Origin: Camelus dromedarius
Lineage: Eukaryota
Length of the DNA stretch: 64,000 nt
NCBI RefSeq assembly: GCF_036321535.1
Contig: NC_087447.1
Span: 39,434,001-39,498,000, forward strand
Direction of reading: 5' to 3'
This document shows, one piece after another, positions 37,919-51,659 of the stretch (position 1 is the stretch's first letter; each line of letters opens with the position of its first letter). The position numbers and the translations under genes were made by a program. The notes below the pieces were generated by a model, which had not been told where the DNA came from, searched no databases, and saw only the letters and a program-made list of their open reading frames with translations.

Positions 37919-38777
37919 ATTATATATTATTTACAGAAGCACATATATGTCAGAAAGTACAAAAACATGCCCAGAAATCCCAAGTTCAGGATATTCAGTT
38001 AGCTCTGTAGAAGGATGAAGAGATGAAGGAAGGGAGAGGAATGGGAGCAAGGACCTACTTATATCTGAACATTTTTTTTTCTTTAAATCCAAAATAAAGA
38101 AACCTGAGACTAATATGTCAAAATGTTAGTATTTATTAAATACTTACAGGTGACAGGTACATGGATATTTTTCATATGTTCTGTACTTTTCTGTTTTTCA
38201 AATATTTCATAATTTAAAATTTTTAATTAGAAAATAATAGCATATCTTTATGATGGAATATCATGCAGCATTAAAAAGAATAAAGAAAGTATATAGGTTA
38301 TCAAAGAAATATTTTAGGTAGGAGTGGAGGCCAGAGCCAGGCAGTATGCGGGTGGCATGGTCAGGTGGGTGCTCCTTTTGACCTCCTCTTTTCTCTCATC
38401 TCTCCCCAACCCCTGGGCCACATGGGCCAGCCACCATGTTTCTGACCTCCTAAGCCAGTTTTTGCACAGACGTTGAGCTGCTTGCAACTGGGGATTTGGA
38501 ACTGGGATATGGGTGCAAGGCCAGTCGGAGTGCCCCTGTGGAAGCCCCCACCACCCCTTCTTGATTTCCCACATTTCCACTTGGGCCTCCCTGATGAGGC
38601 CTCTCCCACCCCAAAGTCAGTCACCTAAATTCCAGCTTCTACCAACTGCCTCTAAGGTGCAGCCCCCAACACCTTAGACTTAAGCCTACTCATCAATGGG
38701 CCAAACCACCCCAACAGGTCCTCATAAAAAGTAATTTCCAACCAGAAGGAGAAGGGCATCATTACAAACACAAAAAC

Positions 38778-39512
38778 AAGAATGGCCATCATGCAAAAGT
38801 CCACAAATTACAAATGCTGGAGAGGCTGTGGAGAAAAGGGAACCCTCCTACACTGCTGGTGGGAATGCAGTCTGGTGCAGCCACTTGGAAAACAGTATGG
38901 AGATTCCTCAAAAGACTAGGAATAGACTTACCATATGACCCAGGAATCCCGCTCCTAGGCATATATCCAGAAGGAACCCTACTTCAAAAAGACACCTGCA
39001 CCCCAGTGTTCATAGTAGCACTTATTACAATAGCCAAGACATGAAAACAGCCTAAATGTCCATCAGCAGATGACTGGATAAAGAAGATGTGGTATATTTA
39101 TACAATGGAATACTATTCAGCCATAAAAACTGACAACATAACACCATCTGCAGCAACATGGATGTTCCTGGAGAATGTCATTCTAAGTGAAGTAAGCCAG
39201 TAAGCCAGAAACAGACTCATAGACATAGAATACAAACTTGTGGTTGCCAAGGGGGGGTGGTGGGAAGGGACAGACTGGGATTTCAAAATTTGTAGATACT
39301 GACAGGCATATGCAGAATAGATAAACAAGATTATACTGTATAGCACAGGGGAATATATACAAGATCTTGTAGTAGCTCACAGTGAAAAAAAAATGTGACA
39401 ATGAATATGTATGTTCATGTATAATTGAAAAATTGTGTTCTACACTGGAATTTGACACAACGTTGTAAAATGACTATAACTCAATAAAAGATATTATAAA
39501 AAGAATAAAAAC
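38778..39512 (+). mobile_element. Young camelid L1 3' end (ORF2 C-terminus plus 3' UTR) with an internal deletion
   Basis: agaatggccatc...aaatgctggagaggctgtggagaaaagggaaccctcc; 3' UTR closely similar to 2826-3382; the junction gtaagccag/taagccagaaacag lacks ~70 bp. Confidence 0.93.
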
Positions 39513-39579
39513 AAAACAGGTTGCTGCATAGTATGATACTATAATCTATTTTTACATAATATACATATGTATACACAAA

Positions 39580-39604
39580 TACACACACACACACACACAC
39601 ACAC
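39580..39604. repeat. (CA)n microsatellite
   Basis: Direct read. Confidence 0.95.
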
Positions 39605-39609
39605 GTCTA

Positions 39610-40230
39610 AACTTTTCCCCTGGGCTCTACACTCATATTCAATGCCTGAAATCTCCATTTGGATGTCACTCAAGATATCAAAAAACCTACTAGATCCAAA
39701 ACCTTCTTTCCTCATCTTTCCCTCCAGATGTTCTCATCTTCTATTATCCTCATCTCAGTATATGACACCATCATCCACCAGCTGCTCAGGTGAAATCCCC
39801 AAGTCCATGGTGATTTCTCCCTTTCTCTCAAGGCCTGCTCATCCTACCTGCCTGCTCTCTAATCCATCCCATCTTTCCTGCCTTCCCTGCCACCCTCTAA
39901 TCCGTGATCACTCACTGGAGGCTTGCAAGTTTCCCAACCAGCTCTCCTGGCATCAGCTGTTGTTCCCTACAATCCATTCTCCATATAGGAGCTAGAGTGG
40001 TCCAGTAAAGACATAAATCATCCCTTACCTAAAACCCATCAATATTCCCATTGTTCCCAACTCCTTAATTATGACTATGGATTGTCCACATTCCCCTTCC
40101 TCATCAGGTGTCACTCTCCACCCCCAACCCCCTGCACTCCAGCCACCCTGGAAGACTTTCATTTCCCAGGGATCAACACACTTCTTCTAGGGCCAGTGCA
40201 CATGCTTTTCCTCTTGCTTCAAATGCTTGA
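39610..40230 (+). mobile_element. L2
   Basis: atctccatttggatgtc...ccatcatccaccagctgctcag...aatccattctcca...cactccagccaccctgg. Confidence 0.7.
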
Positions 40231-41894
40231 TCCTTTTTTCCTTTGTAATCAGAAATAACCCATACATTTAATTAAAATGTCCACATGGAGGGAAAATCAA
40301 ATAAATGCATTCATTTGTTTTATTTATTTCTTGAATAGGTTATTTGTTTGTTTGTTTGTTTGTTTCAGCAAACACCTATTGAATACCAAATGTGTTCCCA
40401 GATCTGTACCAGATGGTATGGTCCCCTTGTTTGGCTTCCACATCTCAAGCCCAATTGCTTCAAGGTTTACATTAGGACTTTTGTTTTGATTACAGCCCTT
40501 TATGCAGGAACATCCATAGCTGAGTCCAGCTCTGCTATGTGATGGGTGAGACTCAATGGAAGTGCAAACATACTTTCATTTCTTATGGGACAGAAAAATT
40601 TTACTATAATAAGCCATCTCCTTCAGGAGACAAGGCTAAATAGTTGCCACTGTGATCATTTTCCTCTTACTTATAGACAACTCCAAGTCCAAAAAATAAG
40701 TGATTTTCACTGTTCTGAGATTTCTGCACCCATCCTGTTGTCAACAGTTCCTCGAGGCTAACTTTGTGTGTCTTGAGGGTTTGCCAGGGACCTCACTGAG
40801 GAACTTCAGGGTTGGACTTAGGGTGAGAAGTTTTGGAGATATACAGACAAGTGCCAAGTGTACACTTTGCCCTGCCCATCAGAACCTTCTTATCTCCTTG
40901 GGCATCATTTAGATCTCATTTCAAAAGCCTCGTGGCAAAAGTCTGCAAGGAAAACATGTGTTTGTAAGACCAGAATTATCTGGGTTGATTATTGATAGTA
41001 ATTCAACTCACTTTCTGTTTTTCCTTTTTATCTCCCTGAAAGACCTGAGTGTCCAAGAAAATACTCAGTGAACATCGGACTAATTGTGAGATGAATGGAG
41101 GTAGTTAGTTCAGCATAGTGTTTAAAGCATGGGCTTTAGAGCCAGAGAAAGCTTGCTCAGTATGCTCTTTCCCTCATGCACTGCCCTTTGCTTCCAGACA
41201 AACTCCTACTCATCCATCAACACCCACCTTAAATATCATTTCTGGAAAAATTTCCCCAGTGCAATCAATCTGAGTAGACAGTCCATTTTTTCCTAGGTTC
41301 CCAGAGCACGTCTATTATGTTTAGTTTAGCACTTGTCATATTGTCTCAAAATCATTTGTTAACTTATATGTCTCTCCCATTGAATAACTAGGTTTGACAA
41401 GGCCAGAACCACACCTTACTCTGTTTAGCATGGGGTCTGCCATATATTGTACTGATCAAATACGAGCACTAAGTAATCAGTCAGACCCTGGTTCAAATTC
41501 TAACTTTGCCTCTTACCAGTTATTTGACCATGTGAAGTTACTTAGTCTCCATAAACCTCAGTTTCCTCATCTGAAAGACATTTCTTCACCTTTAAGAGAG
41601 GTTGAGAAAATTAAATTTGTATTGCACATAAATGTTTGACAGGATGAATGGTCCATACAGAAGGATTTTTAACTCTCACTCGTATTATTAATTGCACAAA
41701 TGTTTATTATTATTTGTCTAAATTAATAAATGCATGACCCAGACCTCTGATCACAACCCTTTCATGCCCACTGAAGAAGGCATTGTGAATGAAATGGAGA
41801 GGGAAATATCACTGACATAGTGTTAAAATACAGCTAAAATATATATAGGGGTTTTATTATAATTTTTTCTTTGTAGTTACTTCTTCTCAATCGC

Positions 41895-42150
41895 TTTTTT
41901 TTTGAAGTATAGTCAGTTACAATGTGTCAATATTTGGTATACAGTATAATGTCCCAGCCACGCATATATATACATTTATTTGTTTTCATATCCTTTTTCA
42001 TTAAAGGTTATTATAAGATATTGAATATAATTCCCTGTGCCATACAGAAGAAATCTGTTTTTTTCATCTATTTTTATATACAGTGGTTAACATTTGCAAA
42101 TCTCCAACTCCCAAATTTATCCCTTCCCATCCCCTTCCCCCCGGTAACTA
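41895..42150 (-). mobile_element. Camelid/artiodactyl L1 3' UTR fragment
   Basis: tttttgaagtatagtcagttacaatgtgtc...aggttattataagatattgaatataattccctgtgccataca...ccccggtaac. Confidence 0.88.
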
Positions 42151-42529
42151 TGTGGATGTTTTAAATGGTCACTTGTGAAGGATACCTGTTAGAAGAATAT
42201 AGTCTAATCATCTAAACTGCTCCCGGAGTTATGGGAAAAATCAAACTCAATTTAAATGCTGAAGATCTTATAATGTGCATTTCAGTCTACCTGTTTGGGC
42301 AAGTGATGTTCTCTGGGAGCCTGCAAGAGACAGCTTAATTAGTGGTCATTAGAATAGATGCAGCTGATTACACATGACTTAAAAGCATTTTTTTTTTCAC
42401 TTTGTAATCTTCTACCTTTATGCTTCCCTGGCAGCTGTTCTGCTTACTCCTGATTGAAGTTTAACAGATAGACATATTTTCATAAAATTTTACAGCCTCT
42501 TATTTTGCCTCGGGCTCTTCATCCTTTCT

Positions 42530-43000
42530 TAATTATGGTAATAGTGGCACGGACTCCTGGAGTGCCTACTGTGTGCTAGCCAGGCGGTGTGCTAAGTGCC
42601 AGATGTGCCCTAGCTCTCCTTTTCCCAGAGCTTATCACTGTCTGACAAACCAGTTAATTTGCTTCTCTGTTGTTTCATTGTTTATCATCTACCTTCCTCC
42701 CCTCCCACTCCTCACCTCTAGGAAAGTAAGAGCCCAGGGGTAGGGGGTCTTTGTTTTGTCTCTTGATATATTCTGAGAGATTAGAACAATGCCTGGCACA
42801 TAGTAGATGCTCAAGAAACATTTGCTGAATGAACGCATCTTCACACAACCCTGAGGTAGCTAGTATTATCTTCATTTTGAGGTCGGGGAAACTGAGGTCC
42901 AGAGATACAAAATAAACAGCCCAGCATCACCCAGCTAGTAAGCAGCAGTTGTGGCCCTTGGACTCAGACTTGTCTGACTCTAAATTCTATACTTTCTCCA
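42530..43000. mobile_element. MIR (minus) split by an L2 3' end (plus, ~42610-42835)
   Basis: gagtgcctactgtgtgc...gtgctaagtg; agaacaatgcctggcacatagtagatgctcaagaaacatttgctgaatgaa; tcacacaaccctgaggtag...ggaaactgaggtccagag. Confidence 0.75.
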
Positions 43001-44429
43001 CCAGGGAATGTCTTGTTGCCATCAAGTCCTCTTCTGAAACACATGCATCCCTTGTGCCCAGGTTGGCTGGAGAAGGCATTTGAAATTGAGGATGGCAATG
43101 CCAGGAGTGCTCGTGATTGTGTTGCCAGAACTAGACAAGGAGACAGGTCAGACTGCTGGCCACAAGAAGGGGGCTTGGAGCCAGGTTATCTGTGCTCCCT
43201 CTGGCTCTGTGCTCAAAGAGAACATTCTGGTCTTCTCAAACAATATTTTTTCTATATGCCAGAATTTAATATGATCTTCCCTACCTCTTACAGACCTCCC
43301 AAACTTTCTGTGAAGATTCATGATGTCTGGGCAAGAGATTCCAGTTCTTTGGAGAAAGGTGTTCCAGAAATGCCAGGTGTTATTAAGTAGTAGTATAATG
43401 ATCATTTACTGCTATTCATATCCTTTGATATTTGTAACTTGGTTCTCAGACCTCTTTATTCAAAACCCAAAACTATTTCATCTCCAGCTCCTTTCCTTTG
43501 TATACTGAATGTCACGAAAATATTGCCTGAGTTCCATATCCCCATCCTGGATGTGGATTTTGGTCAGTGAGCCAAATTAAGAAATCATGGCCTGTTGTGG
43601 GAAATTTGGTGCCCTCTCCTCATCATACATACTTCCTGGGCAAGACTTTTCAATTGTATAGCTTCAGCTGCTGTTTAAAAGTTGATGGCGCCCCAATCAG
43701 CATTGCCTTCCCACTTGGCTTTCCAAACTCCAAACTCATTTTTGCAATGGCCTTCTGCATATCTCTACCTGGATATCCAAAAGGCATCTCATATCCAGCA
43801 TGTGCAAAGCCAAGTTTATCATCTTATCTCCAAGTCTAAACACCTGTCTCAGTTCTTGTCTAAATGAATGGTATCTGTCATCTTTTACTCTTTCTCAATT
43901 CTCATTTCTTCACTGCCCACATCCAGGCATTAAGTTCTGACTGTTCCAAATCAGAAATGCCTCATATCTGTTTCCTCCTCTCCATATCTACAAACCCTGC
44001 CCTAGTACTGACCCAAAGCAATAGCTGACTTCTTCCTTGGTTTTTCTGGACAGTTTCTTCCTTCTATACATGGCCACCATAGCTGTCTTTTGACGTGACA
44101 AATCTGATGATGTTACACACTCCAACTCTAGGCTCTTCAGAACCGGCCCCAGCCTCTCATGCTAATGCCATGTGCTAACATCTTGTCCTCACCACCGTCT
44201 TCCATGCCTACCCTATGCTTCAAACTCTTCACCCTCCCATACATGCAGTGGTCATCATTTCTTCATGCCTTCATGTATTCCATTCCCCTTGTCTGGAATG
44301 CCTTTCCTTTTCTCTACCACCCAACATGTTCACATACATCTTTCATCCCATCTCCTCTGCTTTTTCAAATCTCTGCAGGTGGAATAACACCCTTCTCTGT
44401 GGTTCTGTAGCCATTTGTAAATGCCCTCT

Positions 44430-44890
44430 TGTATTAGCTAGGGTTTTCCAGAAAAACAGAACCAATGGGATATATATGTAGGAAGTGATTTATTATAAGG
44501 AATTGTCTCATGTTATTATGGAGGCTGAAAATTCACAATCTGCTGTCTGTATACTGGAGACTCAGGGAAGCCAATGGCGTAATTCAGTACAAGTCCAAAG
44601 CCTGAGAACCAGGACCACTGAGGGTGAGACAAGACTGATGTCCCAGCTCAGCAATCATGCAGAAAGAGATGGATTCTTTCTTCCTCCAACTTTTTGTTCT
44701 ATTCAGGCTCTCAACAGGTTGGATGATGCCCATCCAGATTGGGGAGAGCAAACTGCTTTACTGAGTCCACCAATTCAAAAGTTACTTTCATCCAGAAACA
44801 CCTCCACAGACACACCCAGGAATAATCTTTAACCAGGTATCTGGGCACCTTGTGATCCAATCAAGTTGACACAAGAAATTAACCATCACA
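44430..44890 (-). mobile_element. MLT2 (ERVL) solo LTR with 5-bp TSD CCTCT
   Basis: TGTATTAGCTAGGGTTTTCCAG...CAAGTTGACACAAGAAATTAACCATCACA. CCTCT at 44425-44429 and 44891-44895. Confidence 0.93.
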
Positions 44891-45692
44891 CCTCTTACAA
44901 CAATTCTTACTAATATAACACATGTTTTGCAACGGGCACTTTTCTAACACTCTTTTAATCCCTGCAAAAAGTAGTTGTTATCTTTATCTTCATTTTATGA
45001 ATCAAAAGGCTGAGACCAGAGTTAAGTCAGTTGCCCCAGGTCACTCAGCTAGGAAATAGTATTGCTCATTCAAATGGAGACAGTCTGCACCAAAGTCCAT
45101 GCACTTAACCACTATTCACTTTGTCTCTCACTGTGAGATTTATTTATCTGTCTAGACTGTAAGTTTGTTGGTTTCCCCAACTCTAAAACCTGGATAATTA
45201 TTATTAATGCCTATTTCTCAGGCTTTGGGAAAACATTAACAATGCTTAGAAATTAGATGTGGACGTAGATGGAAAGACACTAATAAGCAATTATGATTAT
45301 CACCCTCTTTATTTTATTGGAGGAGAGAAGAACCTATTATTTTGAGACTGGTCTGGAAATCTATTTTCACATGGAAAATATAGAATATTTTAGTAAAAAA
45401 AAAATTATTATCACCCTCCACTGTTGTACCAGTCTCTAGACAGTAATTCATCCTTCCAATCCATCCTCCTCTTTAGTGTTCTAAAGCACAGATGAAATAA
45501 TTTTATCTGCTGGCATTAGGCTAGATGCCTAGATACAACAGAGAGCAAGACATTTCTCTGTATAAATACAGAGTGTGGCGGGAAAGATAGATGTTAAGGG
45601 TGTGCTTGCCAGTTTGATGAGCATTTTGACAGAAGGGCATAGATAACAATAACAGCAAGTGCTGCAAAATTTTTTGGATCTTTGACTAATTG

Positions 45693-47292
45693 ATTTTTAT
45701 TGAAATATAGTTGACGTACAATATTATATTAGCTTCAAGATACTACATCGTGATTCAATATTTATATACATTACAAATTGATCACCATGATAAGTCTAGT
45801 AATCATTTGTCACCACACAAAGTTGTTACATTATTGACTTTATTCTCTATGCTGTACATTACATCCCTGTGATTTATTTATTTTATAACCAGAATTTTGT
45901 ACCTCTTAATCCCCCTTCAACTATTTTTCCCACCTCCCCTCACCTCCTCTCCTCTGGTAATCCACCAGTTTATTCTTTGTATCTTTATGAGTGTGTTTCT
46001 GTTTTGTTGTGTTTGTCTGTTTGTTTTTTAGGTTCCACATATAAGTAAAATCATATAGTATATGTCTTTCTCTGTCTGACTTATTTCACTTAGCATAATA
46101 CTCCCTAGGTCTGTTCATGTTGTTGCAAATGCCATGATTTCATTCTTTTTATGGCTAAGTAATATTCCATTGTGTATATATATACCACATCTTCTTTAAT
46201 CATTCCTCCATCAGTGGCCACTTAAGTTGTTTCCATATCTTGAATACTATAAATAATGCTGCAATGAACATAGAAGTGCATGTATCTCTTCAAATTAGTG
46301 TTTTTGCTTTCTTCAGAAAAATATTCAGAAGTGGGATTGCTGGATTGCATGGTAATTCTATTTATAATTTTTTGAGGAACATTCATAGTGTTTTCCATAG
46401 TGGTTGCACCAATTTATAATCCCACCAGCAGTGCATGAGTATTTCCTTTTTTCCACATCCTTGCCAAAACTTGTTATTTGTTGTCTTTTTGGTAATAGCC
46501 ATTCTGACAGGTATGAGGTGGTATCTCATTGGGGTTTTGATTTGCATTTCCTGATGATTAGTGATGTTGACCATCTTTTCATGTGTCCATTGGCCATCTG
46601 GATGTCTTCCTTGGAAAAATGTCTATTCAGTTCCTCTGCTCATGTTTTATATTGAGTTGTTTGGGGGTTTTGGGATTAAGTTGTGTAAGTTCTTTATATA
46701 TTTTGGATAGTAACCTTTTATCAGATATATAATTTGCAAATATCTTCTCCCATTAAGTAGGTTGTCTTTGTGTTTTGTTGACAGTTTCCTTTGCTATGTA
46801 AAAGCTTTTCAGTTTGACATAGTCCCATTTGTTGATTTTTGTTTTTGTTTCCCTTGCCTGAAGAGACAGATCCAAAAAAAATATTGCTAAGACCCATGTC
46901 AAAGAGCATACTGCCTATGTTTTCTTCTAGGAGTTTTATGGTTGCTGGTCTTTACATTTAAGTCCTTAATCCACTTTGAGTTTATTTTTGTATGTGCTGT
47001 AAGAAAATGGCCCAGTTTTATTCTTTTGTGTGTTGTTGCCCAGTTTTCCCAACACCGTTTATTAAAGAGACTGACTGTCTTTTCCCCAGTGTACATTCTT
47101 GATTCTTTTGTCTTAAATTAATTGACCATATAAGTGTGGGTTTATTTCTGGATTCTCTATTCTGTTCCATTAATTTATGTGTCTGTTTTTGTACTGGTAC
47201 CATGCTATTTTGATTACTATAGCTTTGTAGTATACTTTAAAATCAGGAGGCATAATACCTCCAGCTTTGCTTTTTTTAAGATTGTTTTAGCT
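45693..47292 (-). mobile_element. L1MA-type element, 3' ~1.6 kb (ORF2 C-terminus plus 3' UTR)
   Basis: tttttattgaaatatagttgacgtacaatattata...; minus peptides [21 protein letters not shown] and [10 protein letters not shown]...[14 protein letters not shown]. Confidence 0.92.
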
Positions 47293-47458
47293 GATGAGTA
47301 TATGCTGTGTGTCAAGCCCTGTTCTAGGCCATGGGAAATCACTATTTTCTTGAAGCTTATGTTCTATTGGGAGACATAGACCAATAAAAATGTCAGGTAG
47401 TGGTAAATGCTATGAAGAAAAATCAATCAGGGTAAGGGGGATAGAGGAGTCTGGGGGC

Positions 47459-47945
47459 TGTATTGGTTAGGATTAAGTTCAATTGTACTTAACAGGCAAA
47501 ATAAATAATGGTGGCCTAATATAATTTTGTTTGTATCTCTGAAATGATGAAATCCAGAGGTATGCAATCCAGGTCTTTTAGAATAGTTTCATGGGCCTCT
47601 ATTATTCTTCTCTGCCATTCTTAACTGTCTTACATTTTCAGGATTGCCTTATGGTTCAAGATGGCTGCAAGAGCTCCAGCCATCACATTTGAGGTCCAGA
47701 AATGAAGAGGAGAAAAGGGAGTGAGGGCAAATAAGAGGTACCTCTTAGTGAAATCAGTTCCCTTTAAGGCAGTTTGCCAGAAATCCCACCCAACTTCTTC
47801 CTCTTATATTTTAATAGTCACCTAAATGTAAAGGAGACTGGAAAATGCAATTCATCAGTTGTGTGCAATACTATCCAGAATGTAACCTGGGTTTATTCAT
47901 AAGAAACAAGGAAAAAGTGGTATTGGATAGACAACTCTACCGGGG
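47459..47945 (-). mobile_element. MLT1 (J/K-like) LTR nested in an L2 (minus)
   Basis: tgtattggttagga...aatccagaggt...caagatggctgc..gagctccagccatcacat...aaggagactggaaaatg. Confidence 0.7.
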
Positions 47946-49079
47946 CTCACAGAAGACCTCCCAGAAGAAGGGTGGCTTAGGCTGACAGCTGAAAGATGAG
48001 TAGGAGTGGCCAGGCCAAAAGGGAAAGAGCTCCACTACAGACAGAGGGACAGCAGCTCTGATGCTCCTGTAGGGCTGGGACCAAGTCGCTCTTTATCTTG
48101 TGCTCAGAACCTGGCACAGTGCTCACCTCAAGAAATATTTGTTGACTAAATATTGGCATCTGATCAAGTACTTATACAACCCAACGTGTAGTTTCTACTC
48201 CAGGAGGAACACCTACCAATAAACTCTCTCAGTTATTTCCATTTTGCTTACAGCAAATGACTCTTGATGAAAAATCATCTTTTATCTACATGCAGACAGG
48301 GCTGTGCTCACAGGTACCAAATCAAGATATAAAACATGTATTGAAGTAAAATCTGACCATTACTTCCTAATGAATCAGGAACACTGCTTCATAGGCCAAT
48401 GCATCTCGCATATTAAGCATCCTTTGTTGTTTATAGCTACAGAAGCTTCTTAGGTTGGGATTAAGGTAAGGGAATGAGAAGAAACCTGTCCATCCCTTCC
48501 AGTTGATGAAATTCCACTGGGGCCCAGTTCTCAGGTTTGGTGATTATTGAGCCAGGTCTGGGAGATCTTACACTAAGCCAGTCTCTACTCTGCTGGCAGA
48601 CCTGGAAAGCTTGGATGGGATGGCTCAGAGGAGGGACCAAAAGACTATGTGCCTTGTTCAGAGCCTGGCATGTGGTAGATGTTAAATAAATATTGGCTCC
48701 CTGAATGGCTGGCACATTTGAGAAAGAGTTTGTAGAAGTATAATGTTTGAACTAAGTTATAGAGTTCCTTGCAAGGGTGGGAAGAAGGACAGACATTTGA
48801 GATGGGAAGGACTGTGCATGCAAAGGGAGAGAGGTGTGAACAGGCAACCTCAAATGGTTCAGTGAGGCTAGGGGAGGGTTGATGTGGGAAATGAGACTAT
48901 TAAGATGTACTGTGCAGGACAGTACTAAGATGTTTAGACTTTGTCCAGTGGGTAATAGCTTTTGATGAACTCTGGGCAGGTGAGGGGTGTAATCAGAGTC
49001 ATGGGGGCATTCACCCCTCTCTTCTCCAGTCACTATTCCAATGCGAGCCTCTCCTATAGTCGCAGTATTTCTTCCATTG

Positions 49080-50400
49080 ATTTGTCTCTTTCTGTTCCTT
49101 CACCTCCAGATCTCTTTCTCTCTCTCCATTCCAATTCCTGATACCATCATGGGGGCTTTCAGCATTCATGTGGACATATCTCCTAACACCCATGGCCTCC
49201 CAGCTTTGATGAGCTTCACCTTCAGCCATTCTCTCTAGCCATCCACCCCCAGAGCCACATCACAGACCTTCTCCACCATGAGAATCTCAAAGCACAGGTA
49301 TTCCCTTCATCTGTCATCCACTGAGCAGACAGAGGAATCCAATCATGTCATTCCCCTGCTTAAAGTTCTTCAATGATTCCCTGGGCTTTGAAAACAAAAA
49401 CCCAAACTCCTTCCTGCAGCCTTCTGGACTCTACATGTTCCAGCCCCTGCCTGCTTCTCCAGGCTCACCTTGGGCCACTCTCCTCACTTTCCACTCTTCC
49501 TTGGCCTTTCATCCTTTTACCACTACAATCGTATCCCCACCCTCATCACACCAGACTTCTCAAATTCTCATTACTTGCTGTCTCTACCTTTCCACTCCCC
49601 ACACACTCTTTAAGCCACTAAATGTGGCTTCAGCTCCCATCAATTTGCTGACACTTCTCTCTCCAAGGTTATAGCTATAAATTGCCAAATAGAATGGGTG
49701 TAGGTGACTACCCTTATGTTGAAACTCACTCCCCCTAAACATGATTTCCCCGATGTTACTTTCTCCTTCTACTACTCCGTTCTCTCTTAGGTTTTGTGAA
49801 TTCCTCTTCCTCGATCTACTATTTAATCTCAGTCTTCTCCAGAGATCTGTCTTCAGTACCTTATATTCCCACTCTGTACTCTTCTTTGAGTATCTGAATC
49901 CCTGTCCATGGCTTCCCCACCCCCTCATCAGATAGCACCCACAGGCACCTCAACTCAACATATTCCAAATTGAGTTCACCACCTCTCACTCCCACCTTTT
50001 GCCAAGACCTAGTCCATGCCATTCAAGAAAAGCACCCACCCATATCTTCCCATTTGCCCAAACTGGAAACCTGGGAGTCATTCTAAGTTGCTCCTTCTCC
50101 TTCATCCTACCAATGATTAATAACCACATGTGGGTGAGGCTAGCTTCTAAATGTCTCAGATCCCTGCTTAACCCTATCACCTTGTTCAAGCCCTCCTCAT
50201 CTCTCTTTGAAACTTTTGGACCACTTGATTACTGTGTTCCCTGTCTTTGTTTTTTTATCTCTTGTCCTCACTGGACTATGTCTTATTCAATTTCTTATTC
50301 CCTGGGTCTGCCATAGTGGCTGGCACATAATGTGTATTTGTAGTAGGCGCTTGTGACTATATGAATGAATACATGAATAGGTGAATAAAAGAAGGAACAA
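49080..50400 (+). mobile_element. L2 fragments including a degenerate ORF2 endonuclease remnant
   Basis: Peptide IMGAFSIHVDISPNT resembles the APE motif LGDFNIHVD; later caggcacctcaactcaacatattccaaa...gaaacctgggagtcattct; tail tgaatgaatacatgaat. Confidence 0.65.
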
Positions 50401-50601
50401 ACAGGACAAACCACGTGACATTGATTGCCTAGTTCAAAATAATATGTTTACAATATTAAAACTTATAAATCATTTGCACAACAATTCTGTGAGGTACTTA
50501 TTATTTCTAACCTCTCTGGCTCAATAATTTGACCAAAACCATAGAATTAGCAAGTGGAAAAGCCTGGATTTGAACCCATGGCTCTAAGTTTTAAGCTTCT
50601 T

Positions 50602-51298
50602 GAACACTCCTACACTGTTGGTGGAAATGTAAATTAGTGCAGCCACCATGGAGGACAGTATAGAGCTAAAAACTAAAAATAGATTTACCAAATGATCCAG
50701 CAATCCTACTCCTGGTCATATATCCAGAGAAAACATAATTCAAAAAGACACATGCACTCCAAAGTTCACAGCAGCACTATTTATAATAGCCAAGACATGG
50801 AAACAACACAAATGTCCATCAACAGATGTATAGATAAAGAAGATGTGAAATATCACTCAGCCATAAAAAAGAATGAAATAATGTCATTTGTAGCAGCATG
50901 GATGGACCTAGAGATTATCATATTAAGTGAAGTCAGAGAAAGACAAATATCATACGAGACTGCTTATATGCGGAATCTAAAAAAATTTTTTTTAATTTAC
51001 AAACCAGAAATAGACTTACAGACACAGAAAACAAACTATGTTTACCAGAGGGGATCTGGGGGGAGAGGGACAGATTAGGAGTTTGGGATCAATAGGTACA
51101 CATTACTATATATAAAATAGATAAACAAAGACCTACTATACAGCACAAGGAACTATATTCAATTTCTTGTAATGAGCTGTAATGGAAAAGAATCAGAATA
51201 TATATGTATACATAACTGAATCTTTGTTGCACACATGAAACCAACATTGTAATCGACTACACTTCAATAAAAAGTAAGATTTTAAAAAATTTAAAAAA
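50602..51298 (+). mobile_element. Artiodactyl L1 3' end (older subfamily)
   Basis: cactcctacactgttggtggaaatgtaaatt...catggatggacctagagattatcatattaagtgaagt...gacctactatacagcacaaggaactatattcaa...cttcaataaaa. Confidence 0.9.
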
Positions 51299-51659
51299 AC
51301 TTTTCACCAAATCTTTGAGTTTTTCTCAGCAGTTGCATTATTTTTAGGTCCTACAAAAAATATGGGATTAGCCAAATTGATTATCTAATTAGCAGCACTG
51401 TTTCTAAATGACATATTTTTGCCCTCAGAAAATGAAGTGTATTCTTCTCCTCAGAGCATAAAGGTTTTTCTTCATTGTTGCTGCTCCAAAGAATGTGTGA
51501 TCATGTGCAACCTCAGGTAGACATTTCAGTCCTGGTGTGTATGTTCAAAAAACAGCCCCATGCACCAAACACAGGAAGATTTGTATGCTGCTCTGTGGCT
51601 TGAGACTCCCACATCCTTGGTGACTTTGGAACCAGTCATCTCCTAGAAAGGCTATCATA

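Noticed and set aside
9768..44890. The two MLT2 LTRs as ends of one provirus
   Set aside because: Each has its own distinct 5-bp TSD (CAGGG; CCTCT), so they are independent solo LTRs.
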